From Carcharhinus longimanus (Eukaryota): 59,754 nt of DNA. Below are positions 25,965 to 37,509 of the stretch, piece after piece. Location: assembly GCA_030264375.1 (NCBI GenBank), contig JASCQW010000001.1, positions 126,328,909-126,388,662 of the forward strand, given 5' to 3'. The number at the start of each line of letters is the position of its first letter. Positions within the stretch are counted from its first letter, which is position 1. Both the position numbers and the translations under genes were made by a program. Below the pieces are notes generated by a model, which was not told the origin of the DNA, made no database searches, and saw only the letters and a list, made by a program, of their open reading frames with translations.

Positions 25965-26232
25965 TAAGGGGTCAGCCATTCAGGACTGAGATGAGGAAGA
26001 ACTTCATCACTCAGAGAGTTGTGAACCTGTGGAATTCTCTACCACAGAAAGTTGTTGAGGCCAGTTCATTAGCTCTGTTCAAGAGGGAGCTGGACATGGT
26101 CCTTGCAGCTAAAGGGATCAAGGAGAGAAAGTGAGAGTGGGATATTGAACGTGCACGATCAGCCATGATCATTATTGAATGATGTTGCAAGCTTTAAATG
26201 CTGAATGGCCTATTCCTGCACCTACTTTCTAT
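25965..26232 (+). mobile_element. CR1 LINE 3' end
   Basis: FRTEMRKNFITQRVVNLWNSLP, then 3' UTR tggcctattcctgcacctactttctat. Confidence 0.8.
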
Positions 26233-26274
26233 TTTTTTTACTTTCTTCTAAAACCTGTACCAATTATGTGGGCC

Positions 26275-26408
26275 CTGATGAAGAGTCATCTAGACTCAAA
26301 ACATCATTTTTTTTCTCTCTCCACAGATGCTGTCAGACCTACTGAGGTTTTCCAGCATTTTCTGCTTTTGTTTCATATTCCAACATCAGCAGTAATTTGT
26401 TTAAATTA
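26275..26408 (+). mobile_element. Penelope-like terminal repeat fragment containing a degenerate minimal hammerhead core
   Basis: CTGATGA-a-GAGTC-atcta-GACTC-AAAAC, followed by cacagatgctgtcagacctactgag...ccagcattttctg. Confidence 0.65.
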
Positions 26409-26861
26409 ATGCCTCTTGGAAATTGACCTCTCTGCTAAGGGAAATCAGTCCTTCCTGACAACTGTACTTCACTTTAGGATACATCTCAGTTAAATCTCCC
26501 TTTGGCCCCCTTCGTTACAAAGCAAACAATCCAAAGCAAGCTAACGATACTACCTTTCATCATAGCCAAAATTCTCAATTCCTGACAACATCTTCATAAT
26601 CTCCTCTGTACCCTCTCTCATGTAGTCCATTTAATCCTGGTGATTAGTACTGTATGCAATATCCTAGCTTTGGCCTAACTAATATTTTCTAGTTCTAGTG
26701 AGCGGAATCTCCCATTCTGAAGACAAAGTGTGAAATTTTCCGGATCTTTGGCAACGGAGGGTGCAAGTCACCAAAATTATCATTGATGTTGGCAGGTCCA
26801 GAATGTTTTAATACTTTGGGAATAATAACTCCCAAAACCTCATACTGCTAATTATTTTCAG

Positions 26862-26935
26862 GAAACTGCAGTGGGAGGCTTTCCTGAAAAAAAGATGTGG
26901 GAAAATGCTCCATTAGAAAGTCCAGAAAATCAGAG
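26862..26935 (+). CDS. Internal coding exon (phase 0 to 2): ETAVGGFPEKKMWENAPLESPENQ
   Basis: Branch-like ctaat plus attttcag| acceptor, donor ag|gtaatt. Its 74 nt bridge the phase-0 donor at 25145 and the phase-2 acceptor at 40101. Not in the ORF track. Confidence 0.75.
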
Positions 26936-27729
26936 GTAATTTCATTTATGTGACCTTCAAGCAACACATTGTGACAACTTGATTATTAGTTCAGAACACC
27001 ATATATCAATATTTAAATGTTTGTATACATGGGTATCTAGAGAGGTCTATTGAAGAATTACTATTATTTTGTTTCCGTCAATTGTGGATATTTTATAAAG
27101 GCCTGAGTTCTTCAGTGACTCAACCTTCTCCAACTGCCCACATCCAAGTCATGCTCCAATGAGCATCGATTGAGTGCAGACAAGAAATCTGGGCCTCATT
27201 TGGGAGGAAGTCCCACCTTTGAAAGCTGTCATTGGGATCTTGGGAGAGAGAGGCTGCAGGGGAGGGAGGCCTGGAGGCCGCTGGACCTTAAAAGGAATTT
27301 GCCCAACTTCAGGGGCCTCCTGATGGATGCACCCTGTTCCATTCTCAAATCCCACCTGAGATGTAACTTAATTGTATTTCAGGCTTCCCCTATGGAGGTT
27401 CAATCTTCCTGCTAGTCTAATAGGCAGGAAACAGCCCCTAAAAGGGCCTAATTTTGAGCAAGGGCAGGCTTCCTGTACAAGGCCTTGCTCACCTTTGGTT
27501 CAGGTGGGAAGGAACCCAGAGGAAATCCCATCCCTTCAACTTCACGCCCTCCTCTCTCCTCCCAAAACCTGCCAGGAGGGAGCATAAAATTCTGCCAAAG
27601 ATATCTGTCTTCTAATATACTTTGATTTCTTTGCTTGATACTTAAGAGCACAGCATAATGTTATGCTATTGCATTGATAAATCAGGGGCTGGAGCTGTTT
27701 ATTCTCTCAAGGGATGAGACCTTCATTGA

Positions 27730-28390
27730 CTTGACCAGCATTTGTTGGCTATTCCAAATTGTTCTTGAGAAAGTGATGGTGAACTGCTTTCTTATACCAT
27801 TGCTGTTGATTTTGACCCAGTGGCAGTGAAGGAATGGCAAAGACATAATATCAAGTCAGGGTGACATGTAACTTGGAGGGGAACTTGTAGATGTTGGTGT
27901 TTCCATGAATCTGCTGGAATGTACTGGCAGATGCATGAGACCACAGCAGCTGGAAATCTAAATTCAATTAATAAATAAATCTGAATTTTCTTTTACATGT
28001 TCATGAAATGTAGCCATCACTGGTAAGGGCAGCATTCATTGATGATCCTTAATTTCCCTTCGGAAGATGGTGGGAGTCGCCCTTTGAACTGCTGCAGTCC
28101 ACGATGGCATATGTACACCCATAGTGATGGATCTCTTAGTTAGGGTGCTATATAACTTAAAGGGGAACATGCTGTTTTTGTTGTCCTTTTTGGTAGAAGC
28201 TGTGTGTTAGGAAGGGGTTGTCAAAGGAGCCTTGCTGAGTTGCTACGGTGCATCATGTCATTGGTGTCATGTTGTACCATTGTTGAGTGGAGTGAATGTT
28301 TAAGGTGGTGAATGGTATGCCAATTAAGCAGGTTGTGTTGCCATGGAGGAGAGTGGTGAGCTCCTCAAATTGTATTAGAACTAATTCATC
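27730..28390 (-). mobile_element. Two decayed 3' fragments of the second LINE family
   Basis: ccagcattt...cttgagaaagtgatggtgaactgc and cagcattc...cccttcggaagatggtgg...ctgcagtcc, homologous to 8910-9400. Confidence 0.65.
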
Positions 28391-28599
28391 GAGGGAGGCT
28401 GGGGAATTTTTTAACACAGGAAAATATTAGTATCAATAGTGATGCCCTGGAAACTACCATCTTAAATTTTAAAACCGGTAGAACCAAGGTGCAAAAGCAA
28501 GCAAAAAGGAGGCAGTAACCACCAACCAGAAGAATGGACAAAAGGAGGGCCAGGAGTCAGTAACCACCCTAGGTATGTTACCCAATCCAGTCTGTGGCT

Positions 28600-29118
28600 C
28601 TAACAGCAGAACAGCCACGTTCTGAGTGGAATCAAAATCTGACATCGCAGGAACAGGTAAGTGATTATTTGATGAATATTTTGCTTGTTTGTCTTCAAAA
28701 CTCACCACTGTGATGTTTTTACTAATTCTAGTAAGTTTTACTAGTAATAGTAAAAGATGTTGGAAGTAGCAATGTTCAATAATTATAGATTGGTCAAGAA
28801 AAATGAATTAATTAACACATAATAAAGGTGCAGGGCAGGTGATAGATTGTGACTACAGAATGTAGGGCCCCTGGTACTGGAATAACTCTAGGCAAACACA
28901 TCTACAGGAAGTATCTGTGCCTTGAGAAGCTTCAGCTCAGAGTCAGTGAGCTGGAGGCCAAGCTGTAGATACTGCAAAGCATTGGGGGGATGTTACAAGG
29001 GCACTTTGTACCAGGAGGCTGTCACAGCCCTTAAGATAGGTTCTTCTGATTTGATCAATTTGTTGATGACACAAATATAGGTAGGAAAGTAAGTTGTGAA
29101 GAGGACATAATGAGACTA
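28600..29118 (+). mobile_element. CR1 LINE 5' UTR/ORF1 zinc-finger-coiled-coil fragment fused to a short RT fragment
   Basis: GKHIYRKYLCLEKLQLRVSELEAKL (ORF1-like); tttgttgatgacacaaat = FVDDT (FADD motif). Confidence 0.6.
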
Positions 29119-29119
29119 T

Positions 29120-29640
29120 TGTTAGCGCGAGTGGGCGAATTGACCACTACAGACTCAGGGTGAAGTTCAATAACGGCACAGCTTTATTTTCTTTTTATGT
29201 CGACGGAGAAGCACAGTCAGGACATACAATCGGACTGTCCCGAAAGCGCTCTAAAGACTCCCCCACAATGGGCTACAGTTATATTTGAACTTCGCGTTTC
29301 AAATGCTAATCCTTTATTTACAGTATTTGACTTTAGCCATCCTGTTTCGATGTTTTCAAGTGTTGGAGCAATTGTTTTATGTGTGTGTTAATCGTTTTTG
29401 TCTGGTTGTTTCCTTAACTGTGTTAATTTTAGGTGTCTCCATGGGTTGTTTGACTGGTTTAGAAGTGCTGATTTTGATGGGGTGGGGATGTGTTCTTTAA
29501 TTTAGTTCCTGTAGGTGCCATCCTGTCCAATTTCCCTTATGTGCTAGCCCTCATTTGCATTCTAAAAGCATGCTCTTGCCTACTGATCAGTGTCTGTTAC
29601 TTTGTGATTTTAGTGGAGGGCTCTGAGGATAGCTTTAGTT
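29120..29640 (-). mobile_element. Putative LTR (solo or truncated), CpG-rich
   Basis: On the minus strand: TATA-like aaatataac (~29280), AATAAA (29183-29188), ends ...gctaaca at 29120. High CpG versus flanks. No TSD found. Confidence 0.45.
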
Positions 29641-30385
29641 TGCTTCCATTTTGTGTGCCCAATTTCATAAAACTTGTTGTCCGATAACAGAGCTTAACTT
29701 TGGTTTTCAGACTGTGGGTATCTGAACCTGCTGGGGGTGGTTTTCCAGCCAGGTTGGAGATGGAACTTAATATTTTTAGGGAAGCTTTTCTAACCCCTTT
29801 CTCCATGTGGGGTGAGCAGTGTGAATCCTGAAGAGTGCTACTCAGTCATGAAGAAAGCTGCTGAAACGCTCTCCTGCTCCTATTCCAAGAGTGAAATGAC
29901 TGAATCAAACTCCACTGTCCACTTGCCAGTCCAAAATTGGGGACTTTCAGATCACAAGATCCTGTACCCATCACCTCTCATCATTTGTCATAAGGCTTGG
30001 TTGTATGGGGGAGAGTTTGTTGGTTTCTCTCGGTAGATGTTGTGTGCGGGACACCTTTTAATGTGGCAATGCAGCTGCACATCAACACACTCACACAATC
30101 CTTGACAGAAGGTAGATCCAGTGCTAGTGGAAAGGGAACCTCAATAACTGGGGAGCTCCCTACTGCTGCAACCTTCATCCACCATTACAGCCATTGACAT
30201 CGCTGTGTATGTATATATATATAGCCTGATCTGCCGTTGAGATTTTGGATTCTGCTTTGGCTGCTTCCTCCCCTTGGGATGACCCTACTAAGACGTTAAG
30301 ACTCCCAGTGGCATTGCTCTTGGGGTCAATGGAGCACTCAAGCCTCTCCACCATGGCAAGGTGACAATCCATGGAAAGGTGCACT
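29640..30385 (-). mobile_element. RTE-clade LINE 5' UTR to start of the endonuclease ORF
   Basis: Minus strand gtcaccttgccatggtggagaggcttgagtgctccattgaccccaagagcaatgcc...gtagggtcatcccaagg resembles Rex3/Expander/BovB 5' UTRs as recalled. Ends in MKLGTQN (cf. APE-start xGTWN). Confidence 0.55.
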
Positions 30386-31121
30386 CGTTAATTGTTCCTA
30401 GAACTTACCAATGCATGATTGGACGCAACACCTCATAAACAACCCTGACCTCAACCCCACCTCTGCTGATCACATGTCTATTCTGCCACACTTACAATAT
30501 TAAAAGCCCTGGGTTTTGAAAATAGTCCCCAGGAATTTCACCTCAACTTTCTTAGGGTCAGATGTGGCCTAACTTTCACCTCCAAGCTGGAGCAGATCTC
30601 CAGCTCAGTCAACCTGTGAAGCTGTGATAGACCTCATAGCCTGATAGTTGCATTTTCTGCAACTATCCACCTCAAAAGACCTCAAATCCAGCCCTATAAC
30701 TCAAATATTATCTGTTTTGTCATTTCATCAACCATTGAGACATTTTTCACAATGCTGAACCATATAATTTAAAAAATCAAGATCAAATCTTTCCACAATT
30801 ATTGACAAATTCGGCTTGTTCAGCTCCATGATGGCATTTTAACACGACACCAAACAATTATGAAACCATCTGCAGCCATGAACAGTAAAAGTAGTGCAGC
30901 ACAATTCACTGACTCCTTCAGAATGATTATGACCCTCGGCCATTAACCAGGTGAAACTTGTCCATGGAGGCACACAATTAAATGGAACATTAGACAATCA
31001 TTAGCCTGCCAGTGTCCATTTCCATTGCCTTCAGTGCAGAGGGACTGTTTTTCAGAATTACAGTGACTGGTATGCTCCTCTTCCTCTCCATATCTCTGCT
31101 GACATGACTCTTTTTCTGGGA

Positions 31122-31471
31122 TATAGAACCATAGAATCCTCACAGTGCAGAAGGAGGCCCTTTGGCCCATCGATTCTGTGCCGTCCCTCTGACTGAGCAT
31201 TTTCCCCAAGACCACCCTATCCCCATAACCCCATGCATTTACTCCACTAATCCCCTAAACTACAAATCTTGGGACACTAAAGGGCAATTTAACATTGTCA
31301 ATCCAACCAACCTGCGCATCTTTGGACTTGTGGGAGGAAACCAGAAAAGCCGGTGGAAACCCATGCAGAAATGAGGAGAATGTGCTAACTCCAGAAAGAC
31401 AGTCACCGAGGCTAGAATTGGGCCCAGGTCCCTGGGGCTGTGAGGCAGCAGTGCTAACCACTGTGCCACCA
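31122..31471 (-). mobile_element. HE1-like V-SINE, tail type B
   Basis: Reverse complement of full head (ggtggcacagtggttagcactgctgcctcacag), V-domain and (ttctatgg)-type tail. Confidence 0.9.
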
Positions 31472-31813
31472 TGGGATATAATTCCATGACTATCAGTGGT
31501 TTCTAGTACCTTGCCAAATTGACTAGGCTTCATTGCTGAGCATTCGTATCTTGTGTCAGCAGAATATCCAATCGATTAGCATCTCTTTGAAATCTCAGTA
31601 CTGTGGTAAGAACCCAACCACCTCCCATCCCATCACAATGAGTGAGAGATGGTCGGGAAAGGTGATGATTAAAAATGAAAATAACTGAAAAGTATCTCCA
31701 GCTCGCCATATACATGTCAGTTGCAATTTTTATAGCAGCAGATTTCATTGCATCAAAGTGTATAGCCATAGAGAGACCAGACATTTCATTTATATTAGGA
31801 ACTAACAGTACAA

Positions 31814-32015
31814 TTAAGTTTAAGTTTATTTATTAGTGTCACAAGTAGGCTTACATTAACGCTGCAACGAAGTTACTGTAAAAATCCCCTACTCACTGCA
31901 CTCCAGTGCCCGTTTGGGTACACTGAGGGAGAATTTAGCATGACCAATGCACCTAACCAGCATGTCTTTTGGACTGTGGGAGGAAACCGGAGCACCCGGA
32001 GGAAACCTATGCAGG
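31814..32015 (-). mobile_element. 5'-truncated V-SINE, tail type A
   Basis: aagtttatttattagtgtcacaagtaggcttacattaac...gggaggaaaccggagcacccggaggaaacc. Confidence 0.85.
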
Positions 32016-32338
32016 CACTGAGTGCCCAATTCAAAATTCATAGTTGCTGCGCACGTCCCCCGGGGGTTTGGAAGCCAAACACTGCAAGGGAAGGTGGAGT
32101 TGCTGGCTCTCCAAGCTAAGTGCCTTTTACAGCACTCCTTGTGGACGAGGAGGTTCAGAAGCCTACCTCCCAGTCACTTGAGGAAGCTTTTGGTCTCCTT
32201 CTGCAGTTTGTGGCTTCTCGCTCCCTCTTAGCATGATCNNNNNNNNNNNNNNNNNNNNNNNNNNNNNNNNNNNNNNNNNNNNNNNNNNNNNNNNNNNNNN
32301 NNNNNNNNNNNNNNNNNNNNNNNNNNNNNNNNNNNNNN

Positions 32339-32745
32339 CTGGGCCTTTAGCCATTGGGAGTTTAAAAGATTGAGAGGTTATTTTATTGAAACATATAAGA
32401 TCCTGAGGAGGTTTAATAGGGTGGATGCTGAAAGGATACTTCCCCCTGTGGCATGGACTGGAATGAGGGAACACAGGTTAAAAGAAAGGATCTCCCATTT
32501 AAGACAGAGATAGAAGAAATGTTTTCTCTCAGAAGTTTCTGAATCTTTGGAACTCTCTTTCCTGGAGAGCAATGGAGGCAACATGTTTGAATATTTTAAA
32601 GGATAGATTCTTGACGAATTGTGAATATAATGCTATTGGGGTTCAGCAGAGTTGAGGCCACAATCAGATCAGCCAATATCTTATTGAATGGCAGTGCAAG
32701 CTTGAGGGGGCTAAATAACATCCCTGCTCTTAATTTGTATGGTTG
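32339..32745 (+). mobile_element. CR1 LINE 3' end
   Basis: LGL..L...RLRG..IETYKILRRFNRVD-like sequence plus 3' UTR. Confidence 0.75.
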
Positions 32746-33969
32746 TGTATAGGTAAAAGCATCATCTCATGACACAGCTGAATCAGTGCTGCTACATGAA
32801 TGAGTATAGAGAAAGGATTTTTTTTGGTGTAGAGTTAAAAATATAACAAGATGGATGGACGTTGTAGAATAAGTTGATCTTGTCTCACCTCTACCACAGC
32901 TCTGCAAGTAGATGAGGAAGACATTTGCCTGGCTATGCAGAGTTGACAAAGTCACCTTATTCATACTGTGCATTTAGTATGGTATATTGGTATAGCATCA
33001 TGTAGGGAGATGTACAGTGTGCATATTCTACATTCTAACACATGCTCCTTTAACATCTTCGTAGAAGACTGGATATAATTTGTTTCAACTTAATAGTGAT
33101 GATAATCATGCTTGAGCGATTAGTTCAAGATTTAAAACAAAATTGCAAACTATGAACATAAAACCATCAAAAGGAATAGGGAAAGGGAAGCAGATAAGCC
33201 TTGCCCAACCTCACACAGGCACCCTGAGTGTCTGTTCAGGAATCAAAGGCAATCAGTGTGTTGAGAGGTGGAGGACATGGAGGCAGAAATAGTTTGGAAT
33301 GGGGTTGGTGGCAGTGGAGGGAGGCTTCATCGTCAATCCTAAGGAAACACTCTTGCCCCCTCCTAGCAGCAAGGAAACGTGAAGTAAAAATTCAACATTT
33401 TCCTCCTGAACTTTTTGCCCATTCTCCCCTTCCAGATATGTTTGATCTTCCAGGAAAGCTGTCACTGATTCCTACACTGACCTTATACTAAAAGGGCAGA
33501 GTGGGTCCTAATGAAGCCACAGTGCTGAGATCTGCGTTATTGAAATCAGGGCCCTGCTGCCTTTCTGCACATCTGTGTGCTGGCTCAAAGGGGCAAGTTA
33601 ATATTCAGTTCTGTCAGGAGTGCAGCAGGATTGGAGGGAGTAGACCATTCCTCTGCCCCTGGCTCCTGTCAAGTTTCTGTAATGGAGTTAAAAATGGAAC
33701 GGTAATATTGTACCTTGTTTTTCATTCTTTATGACTCCATTCATTTACTCTTTCGCTTCTTCGTTCAGTCCATCACACAGAAATAAAATGCAGCATAAGA
33801 TGCTACCATATCTGGCCTCATACAATTCTATTTTAAGGGATGTCTCACAATTAACATTTTCAAAATATGTGCTTCTGCTGCCCCTGTCACTATTGATTAG
33901 GAGGAGGTGACCTCAGTCCAAAGCCTTAACTGAGCTCTCCACAGCAGCATGTTTGTGTCACCTATTTCT

Positions 33970-34650
33970 TTTTGATTTGATTTGATTTATTATTGTCACA
34001 TGTATTGATATAGAGTAAAAAGTATTGTTTCTTGTGCCCCACACAGACAAAGCATACCATTCATAGAGAAGGAAAGGAGAGAATGTAGAATGTAATGTTA
34101 CAGTCATAGCTAGAGTGTACAGAAAGATCAACTTAATATGAGATAGGTCCATTCAAAAGTCTGATGGCAGCAGGGAAGAATCTGTCCTCGAGTCGGTTGG
34201 TGCATGACCTCAGACTTTTGTATCTTTTTCCTGATGGTAGAAGGTTGAACATAAGAACATAAGAAATAGGAGCAGGAGTAGGCCATCTGGCCCTTCGAGC
34301 CTGCCCTGCCATTCAATAAGANNNNNNNNNNNNNNNNNNNNNNNNNNNNNNNNNNNNNNNNNNNNNNNNNNNNNNNNNNNNNNNNNNNNNNNNNNNNNNN
34401 NNNNNNNNNNNNNNNNNNNNNATCATCCCTTGCTACCACCCTGATGCTATCCTTAATCAGCAGAGCTACGCTCCCCCCTTTTTCCTCCCGCCTATCCTTC
34501 CTAAACACTTGATACCCCTGGACATTCAGTTCCCAGTCCCTGTCACCTTGCAGCCACGTCTCTGTAATGGCCACCAGTAGAAGAGAGAATGTTCGGGATG
34601 CATGGGGTCCTTGATTATGCTGGCTGCTTTTCCAAGGCAGTGGGAAGTAC
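33970..34650 (-). mobile_element. Rex1/Babar-like 3' fragment with a nested young CR1 (34247-34575)
   Basis: Homologous to 6062-6420 on both sides of the insert; (tttga)n tail. Confidence 0.75.
34247..34575 (-). mobile_element. Young CR1 LINE, interior hidden by gap
   Basis: 3' tail at left. At right an intact APE segment VAITETWLQGDRDWELNVQGYQVFRKDRREEKGGSVALLIKD. Confidence 0.85.
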
Positions 34651-34654
34651 ATTT

Positions 34655-34800
34655 GAATCATAGAAACCCTACAGTACAGAAAGAGGTCATTCGACCTGCA
34701 CTGACCACAATCCCACCCAGGCCCTAACCCCATATCCCTACATATTTTACCCACTAATCCCTCTAACCTACGCATCTCAGGACACTCAGGGGCAATTTTA
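34655..34800 (-). mobile_element. V-SINE 3' fragment, tail type B
   Basis: gaatcatagaaaccctacagtacagaaagagg...ggacactcaggggcaatttta. Confidence 0.7.
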
Positions 34801-36429
34801 CATTGACAAGCACCAGCACATATAGATCTGTTTTCTGCAGAGATCAGTTAATGAATTAAGTATAGAGTATTAGTGAAGAAGAGCAGGCTCAGGTAGATTT
34901 AGAAAACCCTCGACATGCTAATAAATCTTCAGCCAGCGTGTCCATTGGTTTATCAAGTTATTTTCAACTGCCTGATTCAGCTGCATCAAATTGCTTTAGC
35001 TGTTCCCTGCAGATGAGTATCATATCTCACATCATTTTTATCTTTGCTCTGTAAATCCTTTTTTCCAAAAGTATATAACTGATTACTGTTATGGGCATGT
35101 CAGGGGGTCCACCACTGTGGTTAAATGTGTGCTCCAAACTCATTTTGGTGAACGGTGGGAATGCAGAGGGAATCTTATTGGCAACAGCGAATTAAAGGGT
35201 TGCTACTGGGGCCTCTGTGCTGGCAACTGCAGTTCTATGATCGAGGTAGCAGGGGAAAGGAGAAAATATCTTCATATTGATGCACCCTCAGAAGGCTAGT
35301 GAGATTTTTTTGTTAATGTACTGGGACCAGGCAGACATGGCCCAGTGAATGGATGAGTAAGCCCTCCAGTGGCAGTGCAGAGCCCTGGGGGTTGCCACAG
35401 CAACTGGGGATTTGGATGGAAGGGGGTGCTTCCGTTGGAAAGGAATTCCAATAGGAAATGTTACCTCAACGTATCTGGCAGTCTCCCAATGTAGTGGGAT
35501 GTAAAATGGCCATTAATAGATTGGTTAATTGGATTAATTGGCTGTTTGCCTTTGATTGGCAGACCTTGGAGTCTTTGCTACCCCACCTTTGGAAGTACTC
35601 TGTGCAGCAGATGATGCGGGGCTTCCCTCATGCTGCCTTTTGTCATCATTTTATCAAATCCCCATCTCTCAGCTCATCTCGGGAAGGCTTGATGAAATCC
35701 TGGCCTTTGCTTTGAATACTCCGAGTATTGAGTTTAAAGTATTTTCTGGATTTATTCACTTGCTGCTTCTGAGTCCCATCAGTTATATGAGTCTCTGTTG
35801 ATTTGCTTGATGCTTTCTTAAATGTTCTGTGTCAAACTCTCAGTTCCCAAGTCTTCAAATAAATTGTACCCCTCATGAATAGTTTACCATCTTTGAAAAT
35901 GTTCCATGTGTTGTTTGCAAAGATATATTTCTTCTTTCTGCACAATTCTTTCAGCCAATTGTTGAGATAAAGTATATCTCTATTCCTCTCCTAAAACCTG
36001 ATTGGATCAAAGACTATGACCCTGACATCCATATTCTTAAATTCATCAATCAAACTGCAACAGGTTTTTTTATAAGTGAACAGATTTGTTGTTAATGATA
36101 TCTTTATTACCAATAAGTCAATAATAGTTGCCAAATCCCACTTGACCATCATTCAGCTCTCGTGCATCGTGCAAGCTACAGATAGTATGACCATGGACCA
36201 CATGCAGTGCCCCCATTCCCTTCCATGCACCTCCACACTCTCCTTCCACATTTGTATTTTCAGATAGCCAAAAGCTGCCACCTGGCCAGTCATGACAGCC
36301 TCACGATGAAGGGCTGCACCAGAACTCCAATGAAGGAACCCAGAAGGAGTATCTTCTGGGCATGGTCACATACCAGTTGGACAACATGGACCTTGTGATT
36401 ATGGAACATCTACCAGTTTGCACATGTGA

Positions 36430-37192
36430 GGTAACACATTTTGGAAGACCCAATGCGTGTAGGAATTATACAATAAATGGTAGAACCTTTAGGAGTATTG
36501 ACAGGCAGAGAGATCTGGATATACATGTCCACTGATCACAACTGGCAACGCAAGTGGATGAGGTAGTCTAGAAGGCATGCTTGCCTTCATCGGTTGAGTA
36601 TAAAAATTAGCAGGTCATGCTGCAGCTGTACAGAACCTTAGTTAGGTCTCATTTGGAATATTGTGTACAATTCTGGTAGCTACACTACTAGAAGGATGTG
36701 GATGCTTTGAAGAGGGTACAGAAGTGATTTACAAGGATGTTGCCTGGTATAGAGGGTATTTGCTATGGGGAGAAATTGGAAAAACTCACTTTCTTCTCAA
36801 TGGAACAACAGAGGTTGATGTGCGACCTGATAGAGGTTTACAAGGTTGAGTGGCATAGATAGAGTGGATAGTCAGATGCTCTTTCCTTGGGTAAAAAATT
36901 CAGGTACTAGGGGACATAAGTTTAAGGTGCATGGGGAAAAGTTCAGAGGAGATTTGCGAAGCAAGTTTTTTACACAGAGGGTGATGGAAGTCTGGAATGC
37001 GCTGCCCGGGGAGGTGGTGGGAGCAGGTACGATAGCGAAATTTAAGGGGCAACTAGATGAATACATGAATGGGATGGGAATGGAAAGATGCGGATTCCGT
37101 AAATGCTTATGGTTTTAGGTTAGGCAGGTAACATGATTAGCGCAGGCTTGGAGGGCCGAAGGGTACGTTCCTGTGTTGTACTGTTCTTTGTT
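36430..37192 (+). mobile_element. CR1/HER1-like LINE 3' portion
   Basis: LQLYRTLVRSHLEYCVQFW; TRGHKFKVHGEKFRGDLRSKFFTQRVMEVWNALP; tail gttcctgtgttgtactgttctttg. Confidence 0.85.
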
Positions 37193-37332
37193 AACATTGG
37201 GCTCTTAGAGACAAAACTGATTGCACCCTACAGCACAGGAATCCCACATCACATTATCCACATTTTCTCTCTTTCTGTCTCTCTTTGGCCAGAGCAAAGA
37301 TTATGATGATTTTTGTCCTTCTGAACAGAGGA

Positions 37333-37502
37333 GACAATGGAGTAGTGTTAATGTTACTGGGCTAGTAATACAGAGGTCCAGGCAAATCTTCAGGTCCAAA
37401 GGTTCAAATTCCAGAAGCTAGTGGAATTTGTAATCAATCAATAAAAATCTGGAATTTGAAGCTATTCTTAGTAATGGTGACCATGAAACTATTGATTGTT
37501 GC
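37333..37502 (+). mobile_element. Older tRNA-derived SINE head (different family from HE1)
   Basis: A-box-like tggagtagtgtt, B box ggttcaaattcc. The 3' part of what appears to be the same family is on the minus strand at 52410-52655. Confidence 0.55.
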
Positions 37503-37509
37503 ATGCTAA

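Noticed and set aside
28482-28656. Candidate exon ending at strong donor cag|gtaagt
   Set aside because: Poor acceptor, stops in all three frames, not needed for phase continuity, and directly upstream of a CR1 ORF1 remnant, so probably LINE 5' UTR.
37293-37340. Strong pyrimidine tract plus AG followed by SKDYDDFCPSEQ
   Set aside because: Phase does not fit the chain, there is no good donor, and it runs into a SINE head.
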